64,000 bases of DNA from an uncultured SAR86 cluster bacterium (GCA_902557575.1 CACEAR010000002.1:40225-104224), one strand, 5' to 3'; shown: positions 44,367-55,244, numbered from the stretch's first letter. The notes: generated from the letters alone by a model not told the origin. Numbers and translations: made by a program.

Positions 44367-45521
44367 ATGAAATCACAAATTTGCGAATTATTAAATATAG
44401 AGTTTCCAATGGTTGCTTTTAGTCATTGTAGAGATGTTGTTGCTGCTGTTTCAAAAGCTGGAGGTATGGGAGTTTTGGGAGCTGTCGGACTTTCTCCAGA
44501 AAAGCTTGAGATTGAACTTAATTGGATAGATGAGCATGTTGATGGTAAACCATACGGTGTGGATGTACTTGTGCCTAATTCTTACGTTGGTAAAGGTGAA
44601 AACTTAACTACAGATGATCTTAGAGCCATGATTCCTCAAGAACATAGGGAATTTAGAGCTGATGTTCTAGAAAAACATGATATTGAAGCAAATGATTTGA
44701 GGTCTGATGCAGGCTCTCAAAGAACTGAGCAAAATTCTAACCAAGTCCTCGGAGCTGGCCTAGATGGAGCCAAAGAAGTGCTTGAAGTTGCTTTTTCACA
44801 CCCTATAGGCCTTGTTGCAAATGCTCTAGGAGTCCCACCAAAATGGATGCTTGATATGGGCAAAGAACACAATGTTCCTGTTGCAGCGCTAATCGGTGCA
44901 AAACAGCATGCAGTTAAGCAAGTTGAAGCTGGTGTCGACATTATTGTGGTATCAGGCACAGAAGGAGGTGGTCATTGTGGAAGCGTTTCAACAATGGTTC
45001 TTGTTCCTGAAGTTAGAAGAGCACTAAAACCTTATGGAGATGTTCCCATTCTTGCCGCTGGAGGAATCTGCACTGGAGAACAAATGGCAGGAGTTATGGC
45101 GATGGGAGCTGATGGAGTGTGGTGTGCATCTGTATTTCTTCCAACAACAGAAGCTGAAACATCTGATAATGTTAAAGAAAAAATGATTGCTGCTTCATCA
45201 AGTCATACGGTTAGATCAAAAAGCAGAACTGGGAAACATTCTAGACAGTTAAAATCTCCGTGGGTTGATGCTTGGGAATCAAAAGATGCACCAGAGCCTC
45301 TACCTATGCCTCTTCAAACTATGGTGAGCGAGCCCGCTCTTAAAAAAGTAGCTGATCAAGCAGCAATTGGTCATGAAGGTGCAAAGCAACTTGAAACCTA
45401 CTGGGTTGGTCAAGGAATTGGACTGGTAAATGAAACCTTAAGCGCTGGGCAAACTGTTCAAAAGTTTAAAGAGGAATTCGTTGAGTCTTATGAGAGAGTT
45501 AATGGTTTCTTTTCAGATTAG
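44367..45521 (+). CDS. Nitronate monooxygenase / FabK-like FMN oxidoreductase
   Basis: VSKAGGMG, GTEGGGH, LAAGGI, GADGV. Confidence 0.88.
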   Translation: MKSQICELLNIEFPMVAFSHCRDVVAAVSKAGGMGVLGAVGLSPEKLEIELNWIDEHVDGKPYGVDVLVPNSYVGKGENLTTDDLRAMIPQEHREFRADVLEKHDIEANDLRSDAGSQRTEQNSNQVLGAGLDGAKEVLEVAFSHPIGLVANALGVPPKWMLDMGKEHNVPVAALIGAKQHAVKQVEAGVDIIVVSGTEGGGHCGSVSTMVLVPEVRRALKPYGDVPILAAGGICTGEQMAGVMAMGADGVWCASVFLPTTEAETSDNVKEKMIAASSSHTVRSKSRTGKHSRQLKSPWVDAWESKDAPEPLPMPLQTMVSEPALKKVADQAAIGHEGAKQLETYWVGQGIGLVNETLSAGQTVQKFKEEFVESYERVNGFFSD

Positions 45522-46777
45522 ATTGAACCTTTCCTAGGAATAAATTCTAATACGGTTGCGTTTATACAATATCTTGGTAACCCATTTGGACCATCATCAA
45601 ATACATGACCTAGATGAATGTCAGAGGACACGGATCGGATTTCAGTTCTTTGCATACCATAACTATTATCAGGTTTTTCATAGACTGAGCCCTCTACAGG
45701 TCTTGTAAATGAAAGCCATCCTGATCTTGATACAAAACGATCTCTTGTATCAAATAGAGGCTCTCCACTTAACTTATCTATAAATATGCCATCTGGTGTA
45801 TTTTTAAAAATCTCATATTCCTTACAAAATCGAGCATCAGTCCCATTATTAAATGCGACATCATATGCTTCTGAGTCTCCTAATTTAAATTTCCCAAGCA
45901 TTAAATAGAAGTCTTTTTGATCAATATAGCCTTGATGTGAAAAAACCTCTTTACCATCTTCTAAGAAGATTACAGATGGAGTTGCCCAAGTGGGAGCATT
46001 AATTTCTAAGTCATGCAATTGATCCGATGTTCTATAAGACATGGGAATGCTTCCTTTGTATTCATTTGTTACATCAAGCTTTAATTTCTCACAATATGGA
46101 CAATAACTTTGCGAATCTAGGATCAATATTTGCTTACCGATGAGCAGATCTTGATTATCTAAAATATCTTTTTCTTTTTCATTGAATACAACACCAGTTG
46201 ATAAGTCTGGGCAATAACCATTAGGATTTTTCTTTAAATAATCCTGATGATAGTTTTCAGCTAAATAAAAGTTGTCTAATGGCTCAATAAGAGTAACTAC
46301 TTTCCCATAACCCGCTTCAAAAAGGAGAGATTGATACTCATTCAAAATATCTTTAGCAAGTTTTTTTTGAGTTTCATTCGAGAAAAGGATCACAGATCTG
46401 TACTGAGTTCCAACATCATTTCCTTGTCTATTAAGTTGTGTTGGATCATGGGATTCAAAGAAATGTTTTAGGATTTCATCAAGTGAAATTGCATTATTGT
46501 TAAAAGTTACTTTTACCACCTCTGCAAAATTATTTTCGTTATATTTGTTCTTAAGCTGAATGATAGATCTATAATTTGGACTTACTCCATAGCCATTTGC
46601 ATAACCTGAAACTGCATCAATAACTCCATCAAGAGATTCATAGCCCTTTTCAGCACCCCAAAAACAACCTGAACCGAGATGAATGGTTTGAATATGGTTG
46701 GTTTTATTTGCATATACAAAAGAGTTTGCAAATAGGATAAATGAAAAAAATATAACTAATCTAAGTTTCAGGTTCAT
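45518..46777 (-). CDS. Secreted methionine sulfoxide reductase fusion MsrA-thioredoxin-like-MsrB
   Basis: Signal peptide; MsrA GCFWG and AENYHQDY..GYC; central CPYC and WATP; MsrB SGWLSF, HLGHVF, RYCIN. Confidence 0.9.
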   Translation of the reverse strand: MNLKLRLVIFFSFILFANSFVYANKTNHIQTIHLGSGCFWGAEKGYESLDGVIDAVSGYANGYGVSPNYRSIIQLKNKYNENNFAEVVKVTFNNNAISLDEILKHFFESHDPTQLNRQGNDVGTQYRSVILFSNETQKKLAKDILNEYQSLLFEAGYGKVVTLIEPLDNFYLAENYHQDYLKKNPNGYCPDLSTGVVFNEKEKDILDNQDLLIGKQILILDSQSYCPYCEKLKLDVTNEYKGSIPMSYRTSDQLHDLEINAPTWATPSVIFLEDGKEVFSHQGYIDQKDFYLMLGKFKLGDSEAYDVAFNNGTDARFCKEYEIFKNTPDGIFIDKLSGEPLFDTRDRFVSRSGWLSFTRPVEGSVYEKPDNSYGMQRTEIRSVSSDIHLGHVFDDGPNGLPRYCINATVLEFIPRKGSI

Positions 46778-47384
46778 ATTTAAAGCCTTTGCTTTTTATA
46801 AAAGCAGGTCTAGAAAACAGATTATCTGTCCATCTCATAATATTTGGCTTAAATGCTTGCTCTATTCCTAGGGCTTCAGCAAGGTTAATTGCATAACTGA
46901 CACATATATCAGCCAAGGTAAAACGGTTTGAACACAAATATTCCCTGTTATCTAGGGTTTTTTCTAGAAGTTTCAACCTTGAAACAAACCATCTGCTATA
47001 TCCCTCTACTGCAGCATCAGCAACACCCGGCTCTTGAAGTTTATATCTTAGAACTACAGTTTGTGGAAATGTCAGAGTCGCATCAGAATGAAATAGCCAA
47101 TTTAAGTAATTTGGGTAATCATCCTCATCAGGCTTAACTTGAAGATCGCTTGGACCATATTTTTCTACTAAGTACTGAGAAATGGCAACAGACTCGGTCA
47201 TTTTTACTGATCCATCAACCATGAATGGAACAGTACCTAGCATGTTGGTTTCTAGATATTCTTTCATAAAAACTCTTGGTGGAAATGGCATCATTATCAA
47301 CTCATAATCTAAGCCCATTTCTTCTGCTGTCCAAATTGGTCTAACTCCTCTTGAATTCTCACAACTATAGATTTTTATTGCCAT
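46761..47384 (-). CDS. Glutathione S-transferase family protein
   Basis: GTVP, ESVAISQYL, FTLADI. Confidence 0.9.
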   Translation of the reverse strand: MAIKIYSCENSRGVRPIWTAEEMGLDYELIMMPFPPRVFMKEYLETNMLGTVPFMVDGSVKMTESVAISQYLVEKYGPSDLQVKPDEDDYPNYLNWLFHSDATLTFPQTVVLRYKLQEPGVADAAVEGYSRWFVSRLKLLEKTLDNREYLCSNRFTLADICVSYAINLAEALGIEQAFKPNIMRWTDNLFSRPAFIKSKGFKYEPET

Positions 47385-47439
47385 CTTAATTTCCTTATTT
47401 TTACTATTGTTAATATAATATCATCTCTCAAATTGCATT

Positions 47440-49098
47440 ATGAAAAATAAGAATTTAGCCCCTATTTTGAAATCAAATATTGATCAAAACTCCTCACAAT
47501 TTCTAGAAAATAAAGAGGTAATGCTTAATAAATTGGAATTTCTAGATGGCCTTCTCGATCAAGTAGAGCTTGGTGGAGGTAAACATCATCACGAAAGATT
47601 GGCAAAAAGAGGAAAAATGCCTGTCAGGGAAAGAGTAATGAAAGTCCTAGATCCCGATACGCCATTTCTTGAGATTAGTCCTTTTGCAGCATATGGCACT
47701 GACTATACAGTTGGTGGTGGTTGCGTTAGCGGAGTTGGAGTTATTGCAGGTGTTGAGTGTGTAGTATTTGCTAATGATCCATCTGTTAAAGCTGGAGCAA
47801 TGACAGTTTATGTTGGTGAAAAATGGGCGAGAGCAATTGAGATAGCAAGAGTTAATCAAATTCCATTCATAAGTTTTGTTGAGTCTGCTGGTGGAGATCT
47901 GAGTATGGGAACCGGAAGTAAAAGTGGGCAGGCTCCTATAGCGCCTACACTTCATACAACTCATTTTGCTGCCACGGGAAGATTCTTTTATGAGATGACC
48001 GAGCTGTCAAAATTACGTATTCCCGTCATTTCTGTTGTTTTTGGGTCATCTACTGCTGGCGGTGCATATCAACCAGGAATGTCAGATTACAATATTTTTA
48101 TAAAAGACCAATCAAAAGTATTCCTCGCTGGACCTCCTCTAGTAAAAATGGCTACTGGAGAAGAGTCTGATGATGAAACTCTTGGAGGTGCAAAAATGCA
48201 TTCAGAAACCTCCGGCTTATCAGACTACCTTGCTGAGGATGAGATGGATGCACTTAGGATTTGTAGAGAGGTTGTTTCACACCTTAATTGGGAGAAGAAA
48301 GGCATTGGTCCAATAAAAGAATCTAAAAGTCCTAAATATGATCAAGATGATCTTCTAGGATTGATAAGCGAGGATTTGAAGTCTCCCGTTGATATAAGAG
48401 AGATTATTTCTAGAGTAACCGACGGTTCACAATTTGAGGAATTCAAGCCTCTTTATGGTCAAACTATGATTTGTGGATGGGCTTGTATTCACGGCTATCA
48501 AGTTGGTGTGCTAGGTAATAATGGCCCAATTTATCCAGAATGTGCTGAAAAGGCAGCTAGCTTCATTCAGTTATGCAATAAAAGAGATATACCGTTGATC
48601 TTCTTACAAAATGTAACAGGTTTCTTGGTAGGTAAAGATTTTGAAAGGCAGGCAATCATTAAAAAAGGTTCGCAAATGATAAATGCTGTATCAAATTCAA
48701 CAGTTCCTCATATAACTATAATTGTTGGTGCCTCCTATGGTGCAGGAACTTATGCAATGTCTGGAAGAGCATACAACAATCGTTTTACCTTTTTGTGGCC
48801 GACTGCAAAAATTGCTGTGATGGGTCCAGAGCAAATCGCAGGAGTAATGTCTATAGTCAGGAAAGCGAAAGCAATGAGGACTGGCGAGAAGTTTGATGAA
48901 AAAGCAGATTCAGAAATTGTAAAGATGGTTGAAGACGCTGCAGAGAGAATGTCTCATGCTTTAGTAGCAAGCAGTATGCTAACAGATGATGGAATAATTG
49001 ATCCAAGAGATACAAGAAAGATAATTGCTTTTTGTTTATCAATTTGTAATAACACTCCAATAAAGGGTGCCAAAGAGTATGGAGTGTTTAGGTTGTAA
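47440..49098 (+). CDS. Acyl-CoA carboxylase carboxyltransferase subunit (AtuC/MccB-like)
   Basis: ESAGG, STAGGAYQPGMSD, FLAGPPLVKMATGE, TGFLVG, DDGIIDPRDTR. Confidence 0.9.
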   Translation: MKNKNLAPILKSNIDQNSSQFLENKEVMLNKLEFLDGLLDQVELGGGKHHHERLAKRGKMPVRERVMKVLDPDTPFLEISPFAAYGTDYTVGGGCVSGVGVIAGVECVVFANDPSVKAGAMTVYVGEKWARAIEIARVNQIPFISFVESAGGDLSMGTGSKSGQAPIAPTLHTTHFAATGRFFYEMTELSKLRIPVISVVFGSSTAGGAYQPGMSDYNIFIKDQSKVFLAGPPLVKMATGEESDDETLGGAKMHSETSGLSDYLAEDEMDALRICREVVSHLNWEKKGIGPIKESKSPKYDQDDLLGLISEDLKSPVDIREIISRVTDGSQFEEFKPLYGQTMICGWACIHGYQVGVLGNNGPIYPECAEKAASFIQLCNKRDIPLIFLQNVTGFLVGKDFERQAIIKKGSQMINAVSNSTVPHITIIVGASYGAGTYAMSGRAYNNRFTFLWPTAKIAVMGPEQIAGVMSIVRKAKAMRTGEKFDEKADSEIVKMVEDAAERMSHALVASSMLTDDGIIDPRDTRKIIAFCLSICNNTPIKGAKEYGVFRL

Positions 49099-51020
49099 TG
49101 TTTAATTCAATTTTAGTTGCAAATAGAGGAGAAATTGCATTAAGGATAATGAGAACTGCTCAAGCAATGGGCATCCAAACTATTGCAATTTATGTTGACG
49201 CAGATAAGGATGCACCTCATGTTAGGTTTGCTGATAAAGCAGTACTTCTTCCAGATGGGGGATATCTTGATATAGATGCAGTTTTAGATGCAGCACAAAA
49301 AAGTAATGCTGGCGCTATTCATCCAGGATATGGTTTCTTATCAGAAAATTCTGAATTCGCTAAAAGAGTAATTAAAGAAAAAATTATTTGGGTTGGCCCC
49401 TCTCCTAAAGTCATTTCTGTAATGGGTGATAAATTAAAAGCTAAAGAGCTTGCTATAAAAGCAAGCGTTCCCACTCTTCCAATGACCTCAGATGAAAAAG
49501 AAGTCAAAAAAATTGGATACCCCCTTCTAATAAAAGCAGCTGCAGGTGGAGGCGGAAAAGGAATGAGAGTAGTTACTGATAAAAAAGATCTACAAGAGTC
49601 GCTTGAAGGTGCGAAAAGAGAGGCTTTATCAGGTTTTGGAGATGAGAGAGTTTTCATCGAAAGATATGTAGAAAAATCTCGACATATAGAAATCCAAATT
49701 CTTGGGGACTCTCATGGCAATGTTATTCATCTTGGTGAAAGAGAATGCTCAATCCAAAGAAGACATCAAAAAATAATTGAGGAGTCTCCATCTCCGAGAA
49801 TAACTGAAGAGATAAGATTCGCAATGGGTAATGCAGCAGTTGATCTTGCAAAAAAAATAAAATACGAGTCTGCAGGAACTGTTGAATTTCTTTTTGATGA
49901 TAAAAGTGGTGAATTTTGGTTCCTAGAGGTCAATACAAGACTGCAAGTTGAGCACCCAGTTACGGAAGAAGTTACTGGAATAGATTTAGTAGCTGAACAA
50001 ATAAAAATTGCTAGAGGTGAAGAGCTACAGTACTCGCAAGAGGACATTGAGTGGACAGGGTCTTCAATAGAGGCTCGTCTGTATGCTGAAAATCCAAATA
50101 ATGATTTTTTACCTGAAACAGGAAAAATGTTTGCTTACGAACAAGCTGAAAATGATTTTATGACTAGGTGGGATTCTGGCGTTCATAAAGATTCAGTTAT
50201 TGGTACTAACTTTGATCCGATGCTTGCAAAAGTTATTTCCTATGGTGAAACAAGGGAGGATGCTGCAAGAGTTTTAGCTAAATCTTTGGAAGATTCTCAT
50301 ATTGGCGGCGTTATAACTAATAAAGATTTTTTAATTGCAACACTAAGGTCTGATGATTTTTTAAAAGGAAATACAACAACAGACTTCATAGAGAGAGTCA
50401 AACCACCAAGAGTAAAAAACCTTACTAATGATGAGCTTAATCTTGCACTAACAGCTGCAGCCATGTGGAAACAAATGAGAAATAGAATCTCTTCAGATAT
50501 CGCACCTTATATTCCATCCGGATGGACAAATGGGAGACTTCCAAATCCTAACATTACATTTTTGCTCGATGGTGAAGAAATATTCGTTGAATATAAGTTG
50601 ATAAATAAAAATAAATTCCTTGTTTTCAATTCAGAAGTTGAAGTAGTTAATATTGATGATAAATACATAAATCTAGTTTTTGATGGTGTAAGAGTCAAAT
50701 CTAGAATTTCTGAGGATGCTGAATTTATATTAGTTCATATCCCTAGCGGTGATGTATCTTTTGAAGTTAAACCTAGATTTTCAATGCCAGGTCTTGAGGT
50801 ACAAGCTGGTGGATTGGTAGCTCCAATGCCGGGTAAAGTAGTTGATTTAAAAGTAAAAAAAGGATCAAAGGTAAAATCTGGAGAGACTCTAGTAATTCTA
50901 GAGGCTATGAAAATGGAACATTCTATAAAGGCAAGTGAAGATGGAGTTATTGCTGATATTTTTATCAAGGAAAATGATCAGGTCGAGAATGGTGCCGTTT
51001 TGATGGTGGTTGATTCTTAA
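49098..51020 (+). CDS. Acyl-CoA carboxylase biotin carboxylase/carrier subunit (AtuF/MccA-like)
   Basis: ANRGEIA, HPGYGFLSEN, GGGGKGMR, ECSIQRRHQK, EAMKM biotin site. Confidence 0.93.
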   Translation: MFNSILVANRGEIALRIMRTAQAMGIQTIAIYVDADKDAPHVRFADKAVLLPDGGYLDIDAVLDAAQKSNAGAIHPGYGFLSENSEFAKRVIKEKIIWVGPSPKVISVMGDKLKAKELAIKASVPTLPMTSDEKEVKKIGYPLLIKAAAGGGGKGMRVVTDKKDLQESLEGAKREALSGFGDERVFIERYVEKSRHIEIQILGDSHGNVIHLGERECSIQRRHQKIIEESPSPRITEEIRFAMGNAAVDLAKKIKYESAGTVEFLFDDKSGEFWFLEVNTRLQVEHPVTEEVTGIDLVAEQIKIARGEELQYSQEDIEWTGSSIEARLYAENPNNDFLPETGKMFAYEQAENDFMTRWDSGVHKDSVIGTNFDPMLAKVISYGETREDAARVLAKSLEDSHIGGVITNKDFLIATLRSDDFLKGNTTTDFIERVKPPRVKNLTNDELNLALTAAAMWKQMRNRISSDIAPYIPSGWTNGRLPNPNITFLLDGEEIFVEYKLINKNKFLVFNSEVEVVNIDDKYINLVFDGVRVKSRISEDAEFILVHIPSGDVSFEVKPRFSMPGLEVQAGGLVAPMPGKVVDLKVKKGSKVKSGETLVILEAMKMEHSIKASEDGVIADIFIKENDQVENGAVLMVVDS

Positions 51021-51022
51021 AA

Positions 51023-52804
51023 GTGGGTTCTGAAGTAATAAAAATAGCAAATTGCAGTGGTTACTATGGTGACAGATTATCTGCTGCAAAAGAGATGGTT
51101 GAAGGAGGTCCGATTGACGTCCTAACTGGTGATTACTTGGCAGAACTTACTATGACTATTCTTTTTAACCAAAAGATGAAAAGAGGAGATGATAAAGGAT
51201 ATGTTGGCACATTCCTTAAACAGCTAAAAGATGTTGCAAAAACTTGTAAGGAAAAAGAAATAAAGATTGTTACTAATGCTGGAGGCTTAAATCCGAAGTC
51301 TATGGCAAATGAAATTCAAATTATTCTAAGTGAATTGGGTTTAGAGATGCAGGTTGCCTATATCGATGGTGATGATTTAATGCCAAGAATGAGCGATCTT
51401 CAAAACAGTGGTGAAGAGTTTATAAATATCGATAAAGAAATCTCTCTTAAAGATTCTGGCTACACTACATTGACAGCTAATGCTTATCTTGGTGCATGGG
51501 GGATAAAAGAGGCTTTAGATAGAGGGGCTGAAATTGTAGTTTGCCCTCGTGTCACAGATGCAGCAGTCGTAATTGGTCCAGCTGCGTGGAAATTTAATTG
51601 GAAAAGAGATGATTTTGATCAACTTGCAGGCGCTCTTGCTGCTGGCCACATTATTGAATGTGGCTGTCAGGCAACAGGAGGCAATTACGCTTTCTTTGAA
51701 GAGGTTCCAAGTTTCGAAAATGTTGGTTTCCCAATTGCTGAAATTCAATCTGATGGTAGTTTCTTTATAACAAAACATCCAGGTACTGGTGGCTTGGTCT
51801 CTACGGGAACTGTGACTGCTCAGCTTTTATATGAGATTAGTTCACCTGCTTATATTAATCCTGATGTTGTAGCTCATTTTGATACATTAAAAATAGAGGA
51901 TGTTGATAAAGATAGGGTCTTTGTTTCGGGCTGCAGAGGTAGCTCCCCTCCTAATAAGCATAAAGCATGTATTAATCTTGCTGGAGGTTATAGAAATGGT
52001 ATGGATCTAATCTTAACTGGGCTTGATATTGAAAAAAAAGCTCAAGCATTTACAGATACTCTCTTTAATCTTGTTGGTGGTAGAGAGCAGTTTGATGAAG
52101 TACGAACAGATCTTCACAGAACGGATAAAGAAAATCCAAACTCAAATGAAGAGGCAATGGCAACACTTTCTCTTTCAGTAAAATCAAAGGATCCTGATTT
52201 GGTAGGAAGACTTTTTAGCGCAAAAATTGTTGAACTTTCTCTTGCTAACTATCCAGGCTTTTTTGCTCAAGGCGGTGTAAAGGCTAGCGGTCCTGTAATT
52301 GTTTATTGGCCTGCATTAGTAGAAAGTAAGCATATTAAAGAAGTGGTTCACTTAAATGATGAGGTGTTCGAGATTACTCCAACAAGCGAGTTAGGACTCG
52401 ATGATATTTACTATCAAAAAGAACCCGTAGATATTCTCCCCTGCCCTGAGGATGAATTAGAAAGAATAGCTTTTGGAAGGATTTTTGGGACTAGGTCTGG
52501 AGACAAAGGCGGATGTGCCAATTTAGGAGTATGGGCAAAGACTGATATGGCTTTTTCTTTTCTTAGTTCTTATTTATCCGTTGAAAAGCTAAAAGAACTC
52601 CTCCCAGACTTATCTGAATTCAAAATTGAAAGATATGATCTTCCAAATATAAAGTCATTAAATTTTTATATTCATGGCATTCTGGAAGATGGAATTTCTT
52701 CTAATAATAGAAAAGATGGACAAGCAAAATCACTTGGTGAATACTTAAGAGCTAAACATATTGAAGTTCCTAAGATACTAAAAAAAGAAATTAAAAATGG
52801 ATAA
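51023..52804 (+). CDS. Acyclic terpene utilization AtuA family protein
   Basis: IANCSGYYGDR, DYLAELTM, NAYLGAWGI, GHIIECG, RSGDKGG, DGQAKSLGE. Confidence 0.9.
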   Translation: MGSEVIKIANCSGYYGDRLSAAKEMVEGGPIDVLTGDYLAELTMTILFNQKMKRGDDKGYVGTFLKQLKDVAKTCKEKEIKIVTNAGGLNPKSMANEIQIILSELGLEMQVAYIDGDDLMPRMSDLQNSGEEFINIDKEISLKDSGYTTLTANAYLGAWGIKEALDRGAEIVVCPRVTDAAVVIGPAAWKFNWKRDDFDQLAGALAAGHIIECGCQATGGNYAFFEEVPSFENVGFPIAEIQSDGSFFITKHPGTGGLVSTGTVTAQLLYEISSPAYINPDVVAHFDTLKIEDVDKDRVFVSGCRGSSPPNKHKACINLAGGYRNGMDLILTGLDIEKKAQAFTDTLFNLVGGREQFDEVRTDLHRTDKENPNSNEEAMATLSLSVKSKDPDLVGRLFSAKIVELSLANYPGFFAQGGVKASGPVIVYWPALVESKHIKEVVHLNDEVFEITPTSELGLDDIYYQKEPVDILPCPEDELERIAFGRIFGTRSGDKGGCANLGVWAKTDMAFSFLSSYLSVEKLKELLPDLSEFKIERYDLPNIKSLNFYIHGILEDGISSNNRKDGQAKSLGEYLRAKHIEVPKILKKEIKNG

Positions 52805-53606
52805 TAAGAATTTATCTTTAGAAGGACTAATCTTTGAGGCAATTGAATTGTCGGTTGTAAATAATATTATGAGTATTACTCTGAATAGGCCTGAAAAAAA
52901 GAACGCCATTAATCCAGTAATGGCTAATGAAATTATTTATTCGTTGGCATTTGCTGCCCAGGAAAGAGACATTAGAGTTGTAGTAATAAAAGCAAATGGT
53001 GATGTGTTTTGTGCTGGTGGTGATCTTGGTACTATGTCGGGTAAATCATCTGAGAGCACCTCGAATGTGCCATCACTCGGGGGCGGAACTGAAGAAATAA
53101 GCCTTAGAATAAGAAGTTTGAATAAGCCAGTGATTTGTGAAATACAGGGCCCTGTTCTTGCTGGCGCTCTTCTTATGGTTACAAATTCAACTCATGCAAT
53201 TGCTGTTGAAGAAGCTACTTTTTCTGCGCCTGAGATTAAAAGAGGAATTTGGCCTTTCATGGTTATGGCTGGTCTATTTAGAGTTATGCCTAAAAGACAA
53301 GGTCTAGATTTCATTATGAGAGGAAATAAAATTAGTTCTCATGATGCAGAAAGATTTGGTCTTGTTAATAAGGTTGTTCATAAAGAGAAGCTAAGTGAAG
53401 AAGTTAATAAGATTGCAGCCGAGCTTTCAAAACTAGCTCCAGGAACAATGAAATTGGGACTTGAAGCATATAACCATCAAGATAAAATGGATTTTGATGA
53501 AGCTGTTCCTTTCCTTAAAGAGCAGCTAGAAAAATGTCTAAAAAGTGATGATGCAAAAGAGGGTATTACAGCATTTTTAGAAAAAAGAGATCCGGACTGG
53601 AAATAA
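52797..53606 (+). CDS. Enoyl-CoA hydratase/crotonase (AtuE/LiuC-like)
   Basis: LNRPEKKNA, FCAGGDL, APEIKRG, EGITAFLEKR. Confidence 0.88.
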   Translation: MDNKNLSLEGLIFEAIELSVVNNIMSITLNRPEKKNAINPVMANEIIYSLAFAAQERDIRVVVIKANGDVFCAGGDLGTMSGKSSESTSNVPSLGGGTEEISLRIRSLNKPVICEIQGPVLAGALLMVTNSTHAIAVEEATFSAPEIKRGIWPFMVMAGLFRVMPKRQGLDFIMRGNKISSHDAERFGLVNKVVHKEKLSEEVNKIAAELSKLAPGTMKLGLEAYNHQDKMDFDEAVPFLKEQLEKCLKSDDAKEGITAFLEKRDPDWK

Positions 53607-53610
53607 AAAA

Positions 53611-54018
53611 ATGAAAGTATTTAATAAATTATCTCCCAATGATGAACAACTTAATGGTTTTGCGGAAGGAGACGTAGAGACTCCAATTGCTATGGTAAAT
53701 CTCCTTAAATTTAAAGAAAAGGCAGAGTATGAAGATGGTAGAGATTCTAATCTATCTGGTGCTGAGGCATATGCTATTTATGGAGAAAAAGTTCAAGAAT
53801 GTCTTAAGAAGGTTGGTGCTGAACTTATTTTCTCTGGTGTGGTTAGCAGACTAATGCTGGGAGAAGTTGAGGATCTATGGGACTCTGTTGCAATAGCAAG
53901 ATATCCGAGTAGAAAAGCAATGCTCGAAATGATTATGGATCCCTATTACCAAGAGATTGAAAAACACAGATCAGCAGGTCTTGAAGGCCAACTAAATATT
54001 GAAACAAAGGACTTCTAA
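53611..54018 (+). CDS. DUF1330 domain protein
   Basis: MVNLLKF, AYAIYG, WD.VAIARYPSR, YQ..HRSAGL pattern. Confidence 0.8.
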   Translation: MKVFNKLSPNDEQLNGFAEGDVETPIAMVNLLKFKEKAEYEDGRDSNLSGAEAYAIYGEKVQECLKKVGAELIFSGVVSRLMLGEVEDLWDSVAIARYPSRKAMLEMIMDPYYQEIEKHRSAGLEGQLNIETKDF

Positions 54019-55244
54019 TGGATTTAAATTATGGTCCACAATATGAAGATTTTAAAAAAGAGGTTCAATCTTTTTGCAATGAATATAAGGATCTAAGATT
54101 TGTCGATAGCTCCCAATCACCTCTTGCATCAGATGGAAAAGGGAAACATGGTCCAGAGCTTACAAGAGCTAACTGGCAAAAGTTACTGATTGAAAGAGGA
54201 TATTTTGCAAGGTCAGTACCAAAAGAATATGGAGGATATGGTGGCGATCCGGACATTATAAAATCAAGAATAATAGCAACAGAGTTCTCTAAAGCTAAAG
54301 TTCCCTCAGGAATGGGTGGACAAGGAATTGATATGCTTGTCCCTACTCTCTTGGAGCTAGGAACAGAAGAGCAAAAACAAAAATATATCATGCCAACCCT
54401 TCATGGGGAGATGATTTGGTGCCAAGGCTACTCTGAGCCCAATGCAGGAAGTGATCTTGCAAGTCTTCAGACAAAAGGAGAGCTCATTGATGATGAGTGG
54501 GTCATAAATGGTCAGAAAATCTGGACTAGTACTGCCCAATATGCACAAATGATGTTTTGTCTTGTGAGAACCGAGCCTGATGCTCCTAAACATGGCGGTA
54601 TTAGTTATTTGCTTATTCCAATGGATACACCAGGAATAGAAATAAGACCTTTAGTTGATATGACTTTAAAAGCTGGATTCAATGAGGTTTTTTTTACAGA
54701 TGTAAAAGTTCCAGCAACGAATATTGTTGGAAATAGAGGTGAAGGTTGGGCTGTTGCAAATGCAACCTTAAGCCATGAGAGAGGTTCTCTTGCTGACCCA
54801 AATGCCACAATGAATAGAATCAATATGCTTATTGATCTAATGAAAGAAGAGTCAATTGATGGGAAGAAACTTATTGATATTCCAGTCTACAGAGATAAAC
54901 TAATGGCGCTTCAAGGAAAAGTAGTTGCTTTTCAATCTCACAGTCTTAGAACTCTATCTTCAAAAATTAATCCTGGGCAAGATGTGAAACTGGGAAAAAT
55001 GATCCAAAAATTAGTTGGGACAGAATTAAGGCATGAACTAGAGGGATTTGCTATCGATATCATGGGAGAAATAGGAACATTATATGAACAAAGTCCCCTT
55101 TTAAGGGATGGCGGGAGTTGGCAATTCATATACATGTATTTCTTAGGTCTAATAATTGGCGGCGGAACAAGTCAAATTCAAAAAAATATTATCTCTGAAA
55201 GAGGTCTTGGAATGCCCCGTGAACCGAAGGTTAAGGATAATTAA
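54018..55244 (+). CDS. Acyl-CoA dehydrogenase, catalytic subunit
   Basis: WCQGYSEPNAGSDLASL, NGQKIWTS, LSHERG, IGGGTSQIQ. Confidence 0.92.
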   Translation: MDLNYGPQYEDFKKEVQSFCNEYKDLRFVDSSQSPLASDGKGKHGPELTRANWQKLLIERGYFARSVPKEYGGYGGDPDIIKSRIIATEFSKAKVPSGMGGQGIDMLVPTLLELGTEEQKQKYIMPTLHGEMIWCQGYSEPNAGSDLASLQTKGELIDDEWVINGQKIWTSTAQYAQMMFCLVRTEPDAPKHGGISYLLIPMDTPGIEIRPLVDMTLKAGFNEVFFTDVKVPATNIVGNRGEGWAVANATLSHERGSLADPNATMNRINMLIDLMKEESIDGKKLIDIPVYRDKLMALQGKVVAFQSHSLRTLSSKINPGQDVKLGKMIQKLVGTELRHELEGFAIDIMGEIGTLYEQSPLLRDGGSWQFIYMYFLGLIIGGGTSQIQKNIISERGLGMPREPKVKDN

